Positions 18,148 to 27,761 are shown, numbered from the stretch's first letter. The stretch: DNA of 55,231 nucleotides from an uncultured virus (IMG/VR IMGVR_UViG_3300008267_000028) (IMGVR_UViG_3300008267_000028), one strand, 5' to 3'. Notes: generated from the sequence alone by a model not told the origin. Numbers and translations: made by a program.

Positions 18148-18440
18148 GGCCTTCCCTCCTTCATCCAGTTGACTCGGAAGGTCACGCCTTCAACGTGGCC
18201 CGCCTTGCACTTGAACGTAACACGCCAAAACAAGTTCGGGTTTCGACGGCGCAAAGCGTGTTCCGTGACGCCCATGCGTTCCCTATCCCCAACGCACTCG
18301 GGACATCCCTCACAGAACGCACTCACCACTTCAATGACCGTCTGGATGCCCCTCGTCATGATGGCCCCAGCGATCTCGTCGTCGGTGAGGTCCTCGGAGT
18401 CCTCCTCGGGGGGCAGGTCTGGGTTTCCACCATCCATCAT
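18144..18440 (-). CDS. hypothetical Zn-ribbon protein
   Basis: CPEC...CKAGH. Confidence 0.65.
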   Translation of the reverse strand: MMDGGNPDLPPEEDSEDLTDDEIAGAIMTRGIQTVIEVVSAFCEGCPECVGDRERMGVTEHALRRRNPNLFWRVTFKCKAGHVEGVTFRVNWMKEGRP

Positions 18441-19273
18441 GGGATCACCGGCAGGCTAAGGGTTGTGTTGCGTTTCTTGGGTGAGAGCGTCTGGTCTGCC
18501 GCATAGCAGTAACGGCACCCCATCGTGCAAGACTCATTGATGGTAAAGGGATCGACCATCAGCACACACCCACAACCCTCGGAGGGTGCAGCGTCTCTGC
18601 CCACCACACCAAAGTCAGAGGGTGGCGCACATACGCCCGCCGACAGGTTGGCGGCAAGTCCAACCCTTCCAGCCAACAGCCTGTCCTCGTTACAAAGCCG
18701 TACCTTGGCCTCCCCGTAGCGAGCGGCGACCTCGGCAAGCCCTCTCAGGATGTCGAGCCGCTCGTCCTCGGTGCGAGACTCGCCCATGAGATCGTTCGTC
18801 TGGAGGAACGACACATAGACGTCCCTGACACCAACGTAGCCAGCATCCCTCATGATGGCTGCAAATCGCTCCACCACGTCTCCGACCATCGGGACAGGGC
18901 TGAAACGCCAAGTCACGTTCGCTGGCCCCAGATGCTCGGCGGCCCTCTGTAGCAGGTAGGCTGACCGCTGGCCGTTCGGCGCACCCTTCTCGACCTCATG
19001 CCACCCCGTAGCGGTCACATGGACCTTGTAGCGGTACTCTCGGAGCCACGGTGCATCGTCGATGAGGTTGGTTGGGTCCTTCGTCCAGAACACCAACCCC
19101 AGCGTGTCACAGGGGTCAAGCGACCACACGCTCGGGATCGCGGTGCGGGGATCGAAGGCCAGCATCCGCTGGTCCCTGACCGATTGCTTCATCCACTCCC
19201 ACTTGGCAGCGGGTACGTCGGTCCACCGCGACAGGGAGTAGGGCAGGTTCTCGTGTGTGCCTCGGTTGGTCAT
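18437..19273 (-). CDS. DUF1848-family protein
   Basis: SRWTDVPA, VFWTKDP, WRFSP, CGC...CTMGCRYCYA. Confidence 0.8.
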   Translation of the reverse strand: MTNRGTHENLPYSLSRWTDVPAAKWEWMKQSVRDQRMLAFDPRTAIPSVWSLDPCDTLGLVFWTKDPTNLIDDAPWLREYRYKVHVTATGWHEVEKGAPNGQRSAYLLQRAAEHLGPANVTWRFSPVPMVGDVVERFAAIMRDAGYVGVRDVYVSFLQTNDLMGESRTEDERLDILRGLAEVAARYGEAKVRLCNEDRLLAGRVGLAANLSAGVCAPPSDFGVVGRDAAPSEGCGCVLMVDPFTINESCTMGCRYCYAADQTLSPKKRNTTLSLPVIP

Positions 19274-19279
19274 GATGCC

Positions 19280-19289
19280 TTCTTACACC
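19280..19289 (-). promoter_or_regulatory. class II promoter GGTGTAAGAA
   Basis: 6 nt before ATG. Confidence 0.7.
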
Positions 19290-19549
19290 GAGTACCAGAC
19301 GAACCCGTGGTAACGGCACTCTGCGACCCCGAGATTCTCTGTGAGGACAAGGTGCCTGACGTCAGCACCCTCCTTGCAGGACGGGCAGACTGCCATGTGT
19401 GATCCGAGGACCTCGACGGTCCGCTCACCAAGCTGCGGGGGAGTGCGGACGTACTTCGGCAGGTGGTCGCCCACCAAGTACAGGCCCGGCTCTGTCTGAT
19501 GGGCGTGCAGGTCGCTACCAACTTTCTTGTCGAACCACTCAATAGCCAT
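19283..19549 (-). CDS. hypothetical protein
   Basis: GGAGGT RBS; CPSC...C..H. Confidence 0.75.
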   Translation of the reverse strand: MAIEWFDKKVGSDLHAHQTEPGLYLVGDHLPKYVRTPPQLGERTVEVLGSHMAVCPSCKEGADVRHLVLTENLGVAECRYHGFVWYSV

Positions 19550-19564
19550 GCGGACCTCCTGCCC

Positions 19565-19594
19565 CATCTAGGCTGGCAAGGGGTCTGAAATCAA
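19565..19594 (-). promoter_or_regulatory. class I promoter TTGATT-N18-TAGATG
   Basis: Divergent partner of 19605-19634. Confidence 0.7.
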
Positions 19595-19604
19595 CTCGCC
19601 TCGG

Positions 19605-19634
19605 TTGATTTCGGGACCCCTCACTTCCTAGACA
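19605..19634 (+). promoter_or_regulatory. class I promoter TTGATT-N18-TAGACA
   Basis: Shares ACCCCTCACTTCCTAG with the copy at 264-293. Confidence 0.75.
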
Positions 19635-19652
19635 GCACAGGAGGTAAGTGTC

Positions 19653-20045
19653 ATGGGAATGTTCTCTTGGGATTGTCCAGCCTGCCAGCACAGCGTCCGC
19701 GCCCCTTGCGCGACCAACACCACCAGCGAGTGGTTGTCGGAGGCCGTCGTTCTTCTCGACAACGGCTCACGTCTCGTCGGTACCTATGACGGCTACGGCT
19801 CCGTGGCTGGCGGCGAACTCGACTTCGGGGACAGCTTCACCCTGTACCACAAGGCGTGCTGGCACCTGTGGGGCAAGCCGGAATACACCACGCAGTCGCG
19901 GTCGGCGCACGATCAGGGCTACTTCGTCGGGGAGTACGATCCCTCGGAACCCAAGTCGGAGGCCGACCTTGAGAGCCTTCGGAAGGTCGGGACCGAAAAG
20001 CGAGAAGCCTCCCGCCGTATGTGGCAGAAGGTCCTCGGGGGCTAG
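19653..20045 (+). CDS. phage hypothetical protein (MGxFSWxC type)
   Basis: GGAGGT RBS; MGMFSWDC, YDGYG, DQGYF. Confidence 0.8.
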   Translation: MGMFSWDCPACQHSVRAPCATNTTSEWLSEAVVLLDNGSRLVGTYDGYGSVAGGELDFGDSFTLYHKACWHLWGKPEYTTQSRSAHDQGYFVGEYDPSEPKSEADLESLRKVGTEKREASRRMWQKVLGG

Positions 20046-20800
20046 GGGAGGTACTTGGCGGCGGCCTCGTAGGCGTCGTCCATCGCCCACCCCACGGCCT
20101 GCGAGTCCACCAGCGAGGTGTCGAAGCCCTTTGAGGCCAACCACCCCTCGACATCATCCCGCGACATCAACTGCTTGAAGGTCTGCGAGAGGATGCTGCC
20201 TGCCATCTGCCGCTCGACGATCTCGGGCGGCGTACCAGGCCGTGCCTTGAAGTCAAAGGGCACCACCCCTCGCTCCAAGTCACCCAGCCTTCGCAACAGG
20301 ACGGGCACCACCTTCTCGTCCGCGTAGTCGGCCACGAGTTTGTCGAGCCTGCGGGTCGCCTCGTCCTTCATGGTTTCGAGGTAGTCCTGCATGGACGCCA
20401 GAGAGGCATCCTCTCGCCGCATCATCTCAGCCGAGATGATGCGGAACTCGGCGTTGCTGACGCGGTTCAACTGCTGCTTGCGGTCCAAGGCCACAATCTT
20501 GCTGGACATCTGGCTGGCGGTCCCCCACACCTTCTCGTTGCCGTCGCTGACCCGCCACATCGCCACGATGTTCTTGTCGGTGTCATACGCCCACAGGTAC
20601 CGCCACTTGTTGGCACCTTGGGGCGGCCCGATGAACCGACCGTCACCTTCCAGAGTCTCGTCCTCGGTACGGTCACCCAGAGGGCCACCATCCGTGGAGA
20701 GAGCGTACTTCCGACCCCGAATCGCCAAGACGGGCTGGCCGGAACGTGGTCGCATTGGCACCACATCGCCAGCCGTCCGTGGGGGTCGGAAGTACGTCAT
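20042..20800 (-). CDS. hypothetical protein with N-terminal RTAG motif
   Basis: AGGAG RBS, 252 aa. Confidence 0.75.
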   Translation of the reverse strand: MTYFRPPRTAGDVVPMRPRSGQPVLAIRGRKYALSTDGGPLGDRTEDETLEGDGRFIGPPQGANKWRYLWAYDTDKNIVAMWRVSDGNEKVWGTASQMSSKIVALDRKQQLNRVSNAEFRIISAEMMRREDASLASMQDYLETMKDEATRRLDKLVADYADEKVVPVLLRRLGDLERGVVPFDFKARPGTPPEIVERQMAGSILSQTFKQLMSRDDVEGWLASKGFDTSLVDSQAVGWAMDDAYEAAAKYLP

Positions 20801-20809
20801 AGGCCGCTC

Positions 20810-22399
20810 CTAGCGCCAGACCGAGAACTGCAACTCGTAGTTGACCTTGTTGGCCTTCAACCACTCGTCGAACTTGCCGAACGGGATAGACTTGAGGGCG
20901 TTCGGGTCGGCCTTGAGAATCTGATACAACTTGCGGGCAGACGCCGCCGCCGTTGAGACAATCATCGTGTAGGACGGGTCCATGCTCTGGAAGTCAGAGT
21001 CGGGCGAGTACGCCTTGAACTTGGTCCAACTGCACGACACCGTGAAGTCCTTACCCTCGGCCTCGAAAGGCTCGACGTTCTCGGGCGTCACCTGGAGGAA
21101 GTGGACGGACTCCTCGTACCACTTGTTGGCGCGGATGTAGTCGAGTTTCGGGTCGCCTCCCGTCACGATCTCGGCGGCAGCCGCGAACGCATCCTGCAAC
21201 TTGTTCTTCACCGCGTCATACGAGTCGCCGGTCCCGATATGCGCGTCACGGAGCAAGTTCTCGTGGATGAACGGACCAGTGTTTTTCAGATACGTCATGC
21301 CAAGGTACGTCTGTAGGGTCGCCACACGCAGCTTCCGCTTCCCCTTGGCGGGCAGTTCTTCCAGCTTCCAGTTGTGGATGCCCCACGTTAGCCGAAACTC
21401 CTTGCCGACCATCTTGCCTTCCCAACCCGCCGTCTTGCCCGTGCTGGCCGCGAGGAACCGCTCCATCACCTTCCCTGCCAAGGTGCCGCTGGTTCGAGCC
21501 TCCTTGGTCCACCACAGCGTCTTGGCGGTCGGCAGGACGTTCGACAAGTCCTCGGGCTTCATCATCCGATTCGCCTTGGAGTCGCCCTCGAACCGCAGCG
21601 CGAAGGACTTGCGGGCCGGATAGACGATCAACTCGGCCTTGAAAGGTGCGCCGCGATTGTCCAAGCCCTTGACGTCCAACGTCACCGAACGATCATCCAG
21701 AGCCTCAACCTCGTGGTCGAAACGACGGTACTCGTCCTTGACGGCCTCGATGAGGTCGCGGAGGTCACCGCTACTGGTTCGCTGCATGGCTGCTGTCCTT
21801 ACCCCCAGCGTCTCAAGCTGGTCGAGAGTTGTCCCACGGTTGATGTCGAGGATGGTGAACACTTCGTTGGCGAGTTTCTCGGCCTTTTCCTGCTCTTTAC
21901 GAGGCAGACCCGCGAAGTTGATCTCCCCCAACAGGGTTCGTGTGGTCTGTAGGGCTTGACGGGTCCGTTTCAAGATCGACTGTAGTTCTCGCTCCCGCTG
22001 CTCCCGCGCCACTTCGTCATAGTGGCTGGGCGCGACGGTATGCGGCCCGGAGGCGTACTTGCTGACCGACTCCAACATCGCCTTTGCCTTCTTGCGGGCG
22101 TCTGCCATGCTCTTGGCGGCCTGTTCTTCCTTGTCGCCTCGATAGTTCATCTGCACGATGAGGCTGCCCCCGTCGTCAAAGATGTACGCCTTGCGCCCGC
22201 CGTCGGATACCTCCTCGACGAGTTTGGCACCGGCCGTCTTGCCCTTTAGGTACTCGGAGGTCGGCAGGTGGCACGAGTCGGAGTCGGGCTTGACGTGCTT
22301 GCAGTAGATGGACCACGCGGTGGCCCACGCCTGCTCGTCCGTGTAGTTCGGGTTCGTGCTTTTCACTTCGTCGAACAACTCGTCAACCTTGGCGGGCAT
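20810..22399 (-). CDS. modular protein with multiple [KR]xA linkers; ChaB-like N-terminus
   Basis: EQAWATAWS; KTAG, KYAS, RTAA, RTSS, RTSG, KVMERFLAA, KTAG. Confidence 0.7.
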   Translation of the reverse strand: MPAKVDELFDEVKSTNPNYTDEQAWATAWSIYCKHVKPDSDSCHLPTSEYLKGKTAGAKLVEEVSDGGRKAYIFDDGGSLIVQMNYRGDKEEQAAKSMADARKKAKAMLESVSKYASGPHTVAPSHYDEVAREQRERELQSILKRTRQALQTTRTLLGEINFAGLPRKEQEKAEKLANEVFTILDINRGTTLDQLETLGVRTAAMQRTSSGDLRDLIEAVKDEYRRFDHEVEALDDRSVTLDVKGLDNRGAPFKAELIVYPARKSFALRFEGDSKANRMMKPEDLSNVLPTAKTLWWTKEARTSGTLAGKVMERFLAASTGKTAGWEGKMVGKEFRLTWGIHNWKLEELPAKGKRKLRVATLQTYLGMTYLKNTGPFIHENLLRDAHIGTGDSYDAVKNKLQDAFAAAAEIVTGGDPKLDYIRANKWYEESVHFLQVTPENVEPFEAEGKDFTVSCSWTKFKAYSPDSDFQSMDPSYTMIVSTAAASARKLYQILKADPNALKSIPFGKFDEWLKANKVNYELQFSVWR

Positions 22400-22435
22400 C
22401 CCGAGACTCCTTCGAGGTACGTCACCATCATCTGC

Positions 22436-22960
22436 CTATAGACAAAAAACAAGCCCTCGGCCCACAGAGACGAGGGCTTCCTTGTTGCCCCCAGCGAGGT
22501 TGGCAACCAGCCGGAACGGCGACAGCGGAGCCGTCGGCCCAGCGAACCCCAGCACCGCGACGAGAACGTGAGTGGCCTCGCTGGACTCGATACGGGTCCG
22601 CTCGGCGTCGTCCCGCTGCACGTCGGGGTCAGCCAGATAGGCCGCCCGAGTGTAAACGATGATGGCAGCCCCCTCGCAGGAAACCGCGCACTCACGCCGC
22701 AGGTAGGCATCGACCCGCCCACGGTGCAGCCGCACCACATAGTCCTCGGGGTTGGTGGACCGGCGACCCACTCCCGCCGACAGGAAGGGGATCAGTTCCT
22801 TGCACGGGATAAACCCCTGCCCAGGTATCGTCTGTGCGTCGAAGTCGAAGGCCGCGATAGCCTTGTGGGCCTCGGCCATGAAACCGCCCGCGTCCACCAC
22901 CTTGGTGCCAATGGCCGAGTTGTCGAACGCCGTCACGATGTTGGATGCGATAAGGGCCAT
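22436..22960 (-). CDS. hypothetical protein, possibly 3'-truncated
   Basis: AAGGAG RBS, class I promoter; terminator lies inside its last codons. Confidence 0.65.
   Translation of the reverse strand: MALIASNIVTAFDNSAIGTKVVDAGGFMAEAHKAIAAFDFDAQTIPGQGFIPCKELIPFLSAGVGRRSTNPEDYVVRLHRGRVDAYLRRECAVSCEGAAIIVYTRAAYLADPDVQRDDAERTRIESSEATHVLVAVLGFAGPTAPLSPFRLVANLAGGNKEALVSVGRGLVFCL
22444..22479 (-). terminator. intrinsic terminator
   Basis: AAGCCCTCG...CGAGGGCTT then GTTTTTT on minus strand. Confidence 0.7.
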
Positions 22961-22988
22961 GATTCTCCTTGGGGGTAATGGACCTGAC

Positions 22989-23018
22989 CTACTAGGAAAT
23001 GGATGCCCCGAAGATCAA
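22989..23018 (-). promoter_or_regulatory. class I promoter TTGATC-N18-TAGTAG
   Basis: Same motif and spacing. Confidence 0.7.
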
Positions 23019-23035
23019 CTGTCTGACAGCCACGT

Positions 23036-24289
23036 TTAGCCGACCGCCTGCTCGTGACGCACCAGCACAGCCTGTCCCTTGCCCGTCACCGTGTCGGCCG
23101 TGACGCGGATCGCCTTGATGGTCTGGTCCGAGGGGGCGTCGAACGAGTAGGGTCGCAGGATCGTCTCCACGATGCCCCGCAAGGCACGCGCCCCCGTGGG
23201 CCGCTTCCGTGCCTCTGCCGCGATAGCCCGCAGGGCTTCCTCGTCGAACTGGAGGTCAATGCCGTCCATGCTAAAGAGCGCCTGGAACTGCTTGACGATG
23301 GCGTTCTTCGGCTCCGTCAGGATGCGGACCATTTCCTGCTCGGTGAGTTCCAGCGTGGTGGTCAGGACCGGCAGACGCCCCATGAGTTCGGGGATGAGGC
23401 CGAACTCCAGAACGTCGTCCTCCGTCGCCTGTAGATAGACGTCGGTACGAGACAGCTTCTTGGCCTCACGCGCTCCGAAGCCGATGCCCGCCCCACGGTT
23501 GACCCGCTTCTCGATGACCTCCTCAAGGCCCGCAAACGATCCCGCACACACGAACAGAACGTTCGTGGTGTCGAAGGCATCCCCGTACATAGACATCCCG
23601 CCCCGTGAACCCATGCCACGCGGGACAACCATCTTGGAGCCTTCCAGAAGTTTGAGGAGCGCCTGCTGGACCCCCTCGCCGCTGACGTCGCGGTACCCCG
23701 TGGCCCCACGCCCAGACTTGCGGGCCAGCTTGTCGAACTCGTCGATGAAGATGATGCCCCATTGGGCACGCTCCACTTCACCGTCGGCGTCCTGCACCAA
23801 CCCTTGCAGGAGGCTCTCAACGTCGTCGCCAACGTATCCGGCCTGCGTGAGACGGGTGGCATCCCCGACGAAGAACGGGACCTTGAGCATACGGGCGATG
23901 CTGCGAGCCAACTCCGTCTTGCCGGTTCCGCTCGGACCCATCAACAGGATGTTGGACTTCTGAACCTCCACCCCGAGGTCGAGTCCGTTCTTGACTGCTT
24001 CCCGCCGCTTGTAGTGGTTATAGACCGCGATGGCCAGGTCTGTCTTGGCCTTGTCCTGCGCGATAACGTGCCCGTCGAGGATCGCCTTGATCTCTCGTGG
24101 CTTGCGGAGAGGTTCTTCCTTGGCGGCCGTCTGTACGTCGGCCTTCTGGGACTGCGTGTACGCCTTGTGCCCGTCCTCCAGACAGCGGTTGCAGATGTAG
24201 GGGCCACCGTCGTTGCCAATCAGAGCCTTGACCTCGTTACGGGGCCGGTTGCAGAAGCCACACTTGGCGGTTGTCTTGGTGGTCGTCAT
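23036..24289 (-). CDS. clpX: ATP-dependent Clp protease ATP-binding subunit ClpX
   Basis: C4 Zn domain, GPSGTGKT, AGYVGDDVE, RDVSGEGVQQALLK, IGF loop. Confidence 0.97.
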   Translation of the reverse strand: MTTTKTTAKCGFCNRPRNEVKALIGNDGGPYICNRCLEDGHKAYTQSQKADVQTAAKEEPLRKPREIKAILDGHVIAQDKAKTDLAIAVYNHYKRREAVKNGLDLGVEVQKSNILLMGPSGTGKTELARSIARMLKVPFFVGDATRLTQAGYVGDDVESLLQGLVQDADGEVERAQWGIIFIDEFDKLARKSGRGATGYRDVSGEGVQQALLKLLEGSKMVVPRGMGSRGGMSMYGDAFDTTNVLFVCAGSFAGLEEVIEKRVNRGAGIGFGAREAKKLSRTDVYLQATEDDVLEFGLIPELMGRLPVLTTTLELTEQEMVRILTEPKNAIVKQFQALFSMDGIDLQFDEEALRAIAAEARKRPTGARALRGIVETILRPYSFDAPSDQTIKAIRVTADTVTGKGQAVLVRHEQAVG

Positions 24290-24295
24290 GATCCC

Positions 24296-24305
24296 CTCTT
24301 ACACC
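24296..24305 (-). promoter_or_regulatory. class II promoter GGTGTAAGAG
   Basis: 6 nt before clpX ATG. Confidence 0.7.
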
Positions 24306-24365
24306 GACGAGCGATAAGGCCCGTATGGTTTTGGCTCCGATGCCTCGAACGGACCATCGGCACAC

Positions 24366-24395
24366 CCACTAGGCAGAGCGTTCGCGGACAATCAA
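24366..24395 (-). promoter_or_regulatory. class I promoter TTGATT-N18-TAGTGG
   Basis: Immediately after a terminator, facing clpX. Confidence 0.7.
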
Positions 24396-24405
24396 CCGAG
24401 GCAAC

Positions 24406-24440
24406 AAAAAAGCCGCCTGACCCGAAGGCCAGACGGCTTT
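24406..24440 (-). terminator. intrinsic terminator
   Basis: AAAGCCGTCTGGCC-TTCG-GGTCAGGCGGCTTT then TTT. Confidence 0.85.
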
Positions 24441-24458
24441 AGCCTGCAAGCACGCCCC

Positions 24459-25205
24459 TTAGACGTCCGCGTACACGATGCAGTCGGCGTCCCAGACAAG
24501 CCCATCGCACTTGATCTCGAAGGGGTTGGCTGTAATCGCACAGACGCCACCATGCCCGAAATCGTTGTGGGACTCCTTGCCGTAGCGGTTCGACACCAAC
24601 AGGGTGATGTTGTTGTCCCGCACAAAGTCGATCCATGCGATGGCGGGAAACCCGCCGTTCCCCCAATTTGACGAGAACGCAACGAGGTCCGCATCGCCCG
24701 ACTCGTAGAAGTCAGACCACTTATCGTTCTTGCGGTCCCTGACGTCACGGCAGATGAGTAGCCCGACCTTCTTGGTGCCATGCTCGCCAAAGTCACACGA
24801 TAGGATCGGGGGGTTGGCTCGGCCTTCATCGGCCCATAGCCAATCGTTACCCCACGGGTTCACCTTCTGGTAACTGACCCACTGACCGTTCGGTGCGACC
24901 AACACCTGCGAGTTGTGAACCTTGCCGGTCTGCGGGACCTTCTCGACCATCCCCCAGACGACGTGGACGCCCAGCCGCTCCGACAAGGCTTTCATGACCT
25001 TGAAGGTCTGGCCTTCCGGGATAGGCTCCGCACACTCGGCGGCCTCGGCCTTCGACATGAAGGAGTATCCCGTGGTTGCCAGTTCCGGCAGCACCACCAG
25101 CTTGGCCCCGTTCTGGGCCGCTTCCTTCACAAAGCCCGCGAGCTTCCGCAGGTTGTCCTGCATGGCCTTGAAAACGGGGGCGAACTGGACGACGGCAACC
25201 TTCAT
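24459..25205 (-). CDS. carbon-nitrogen hydrolase (nitrilase superfamily)
   Basis: E-K-C triad: LPELATTGY, YQK, LLICRD. Confidence 0.9.
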   Translation of the reverse strand: MKVAVVQFAPVFKAMQDNLRKLAGFVKEAAQNGAKLVVLPELATTGYSFMSKAEAAECAEPIPEGQTFKVMKALSERLGVHVVWGMVEKVPQTGKVHNSQVLVAPNGQWVSYQKVNPWGNDWLWADEGRANPPILSCDFGEHGTKKVGLLICRDVRDRKNDKWSDFYESGDADLVAFSSNWGNGGFPAIAWIDFVRDNNITLLVSNRYGKESHNDFGHGGVCAITANPFEIKCDGLVWDADCIVYADV

Positions 25206-25243
25206 GGTGGGTATCTCCTATGGGGGGCGTCCCATCAAAAGAA

Positions 25244-25648
25244 CTACGGGGTCGCCATAAACTGCCGTTCCCAGAGTTTCACCTTCGGGCCTCGCCACGT
25301 CATCGGGTTCCGCACAGGGCTGCCCACCATGAGGCTCGTGCTGACCTTGCCGGTCCGCTCCCCTCGCTGAAAGACAAAGCCTTCGGTCGAGCGATACACC
25401 ACACCGTGACCCCGCTCCTGCAAAGCACGCAGCCCAGCCAGAGGGTCTGCGACATCGGATCGGAACCGCATAAACTTCGTAGCGTTCACCTCGATGATGC
25501 CGAGGCTCTCAAGGCCAAAGAAAAGAGTCTTGGCCTTCTTGGCCGCCTCGCAGAACATCCCTGCGATCTGGTGGGGCGTCACCGTCGTCATCATCTCGAC
25601 GGCGAAGAAGGTGGTCATCGGGGGCGGCTTGGTGGTCGGTGTCGTCAT
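25244..25648 (-). CDS. hypothetical protein
   Basis: TGATG coupling to thyX. Confidence 0.6.
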   Translation of the reverse strand: MTTPTTKPPPMTTFFAVEMMTTVTPHQIAGMFCEAAKKAKTLFFGLESLGIIEVNATKFMRFRSDVADPLAGLRALQERGHGVVYRSTEGFVFQRGERTGKVSTSLMVGSPVRNPMTWRGPKVKLWERQFMATP

Positions 25649-26475
25649 CAGAGGGCCGGTTCGTAGATGGCCTCGTTGGCCTGTAGTTTGCGGAACTGCT
25701 GCCAGCCCGTGAAGTTGCCGCTGATCTCGGGGGATTCCAACGCTTGGGCAACGTGTTCAAAGGGACTCATGTGGCCGCTCGCCTGCAACCGCTGGCAGAG
25801 GTCGATGTCGGCCTTCGGGTCACGCTTGCCGTCATGGGTCAGGTAGGAGACTCGGGCGCACCGCCCCACGGAGATGAGTCGAATCTGCTCCTCCGTGTAA
25901 CCATCGGCTCGAAGCTGATCGGCGTCGTCCGTCAACGGCATATGCCAATGACCCACGGGCACGACGGTAGGGGCATGGGCATCGTAGAGCGCCTTCATGA
26001 GAACGGCGATCTCACGAATCTCGGGCTGCGCGTCCTTGTGCGCCCGCAGGGCAAAGAAGTTCTTGAACTCGGTGGCCGTCACGATCACGGTCTGCCACAT
26101 GAACGGCTCAAGGAGACGGTTCACCAACTGCTTGTGAACGCCAAGGTCGAGGAGGCGGCGAGCGTTGAGGACCGCATCCAACTTGGCCCCTTCCCACAGG
26201 CCGTCCGCGATGCGGCGCTCCTTGTCGCTGAGTTCCTCGTCGGCCTGCATCCCCTTCTGGTTCTTCCCCCAATAGGTCGGCACGAACGGATCAGCCTCCA
26301 CACGGGCCAGCATCTTCTCGACGGGGATGGCGCGGGACGACGCGGAGTTGCGTGAAAACTGGCGGTGCGTGTTGAACTCGGCCAACACGATGCGAGGAAA
26401 CGTCACCTCGAAGGTGGTGAGCCGTTGGCCCGAGGGGGCCATATGGTCAGCGAGAATCTTCGCAGAGTACGCCAC
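25648..26475 (-). CDS. thyX: flavin-dependent thymidylate synthase ThyX-like
   Basis: AEFNTHRQFSRNSASSR, AQPEIR, HMSPFEH. Confidence 0.85.
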   Translation of the reverse strand: MAYSAKILADHMAPSGQRLTTFEVTFPRIVLAEFNTHRQFSRNSASSRAIPVEKMLARVEADPFVPTYWGKNQKGMQADEELSDKERRIADGLWEGAKLDAVLNARRLLDLGVHKQLVNRLLEPFMWQTVIVTATEFKNFFALRAHKDAQPEIREIAVLMKALYDAHAPTVVPVGHWHMPLTDDADQLRADGYTEEQIRLISVGRCARVSYLTHDGKRDPKADIDLCQRLQASGHMSPFEHVAQALESPEISGNFTGWQQFRKLQANEAIYEPAL

Positions 26476-27046
26476 GGTCGATCCTTTCGGTTTGGAGGCG
26501 CACCGCTTCTACCACGTCGTCCCATGAGGTCGCACGAGTTAGTCCACGGTCTAGCCTGTTGTAGGGCGCTTCCCATAACAGCCCTATGCCGTCTGGGTTC
26601 TCCTTCGTCCAAGCCATGACGTTCTCGGGCTTGTCGTCCACGAACACGTCGCCCCTGCACAGGTGCTTGGCCTCCGTATAGACAAGGTGCGTATCGGGGA
26701 TGCCAACCTGTCGAGACAGCCAGCCTGCTCGGTCGGTGTACCAAAAGGGTGAGTTCCTCATCGGAGCCGTCACCGCGTACACCTCGGCCACCCCTTGGAG
26801 GCGAGACACTCCCTCCGAGACACCCTCGTAGCGGGCGAGCCTGGCCGCTACACCAGGTCTCGCACACTCGTAGAAGAACTCGTGCTTCCACGCTGGATCG
26901 AAGGTCTGGAACAGGTCCCAATCCGTGAACTGCTCACGGGTGTAGGTCCTGCCGCTCAACTCCTCCATCGTCTGGATGGCGAAGCCAAGGAAGTCGGCCA
27001 GCACCCCATCAACGTCCAGCAACACCCTCGGCCTTCTCTGCGCCAC
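26447..27046 (-). CDS. 5'(3')-deoxyribonucleotidase (HAD, NT5C-like)
   Basis: DVDGVLADF, VTAP, VDDKPEN. Confidence 0.88.
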   Translation of the reverse strand: MAQRRPRVLLDVDGVLADFLGFAIQTMEELSGRTYTREQFTDWDLFQTFDPAWKHEFFYECARPGVAARLARYEGVSEGVSRLQGVAEVYAVTAPMRNSPFWYTDRAGWLSRQVGIPDTHLVYTEAKHLCRGDVFVDDKPENVMAWTKENPDGIGLLWEAPYNRLDRGLTRATSWDDVVEAVRLQTERIDRGVLCEDSR

Positions 27047-27761
27047 GGTAAATCTCCAACTTCTTGAGCCAGTAGATGATCGACATGGGCTGAGTTCCGA
27101 ATCGGGCGGCGATCTTATGGGGCGACAGCCCCTCCCCGTACAGGCGAATCACCTCATCGACGTCAACTCGGCCGTGTGTGGGCGCTCCCATGACCTCGCT
27201 GACGAGGTTCCCACAGACCTGTTCTCGGAGGTCGGGGTCCGCATAGACGTAGTTGCGGAGTGTATACATCGAGACGCCACAGACCTCGGCCAACTCCCGC
27301 CATGTCCTCCCCACCGCGAGCCGGATGATCTCATCGTCGGGGGGCTTCTTGTGGGACTTGTCCTTCAAGACCACCCCGTGCTTGTCCGCGATCAGTTTGA
27401 CCTCGGCGGGAGTGGTGCCAATCTCGGTGGCGATCTCCTTGGCGGTACGCTCGGGTGACAAAGCCGCCTGTATGCGGGCGTGCCGCTCCTCTCGCTTCGC
27501 ATCCGAGAGCCGTGGCAGGTCGGCTCCAGCCTTCTTGCGCCATTGGGAAACCGCCTGCCGCGACACTCCAAGGCGGGCCTGGACCTCATCGGTGGTCAGT
27601 TCGTACAACTTCTCGGTCAGCCAGTAGTGTCGCAACTCGTCGGGATCAGGGTAACGGGCATCCGGCCCCAACCCCCGCACAGCCTCGGCCTTGTTGGGGA
27701 ACATCCCGTACCGCACAGGCGCACTCCCCTGCTGAGAGCAGAACAGCTTGAGGCCACTCAT
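27009..27761 (-). CDS. multi-HTH DNA-binding protein
   Basis: Four HTH-like repeats (LGVSRQAV, IGTTPAEV, CGVSMYTL, FGTQPMSI). Confidence 0.75.
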   Translation of the reverse strand: MSGLKLFCSQQGSAPVRYGMFPNKAEAVRGLGPDARYPDPDELRHYWLTEKLYELTTDEVQARLGVSRQAVSQWRKKAGADLPRLSDAKREERHARIQAALSPERTAKEIATEIGTTPAEVKLIADKHGVVLKDKSHKKPPDDEIIRLAVGRTWRELAEVCGVSMYTLRNYVYADPDLREQVCGNLVSEVMGAPTHGRVDVDEVIRLYGEGLSPHKIAARFGTQPMSIIYWLKKLEIYRGAEKAEGVAGR

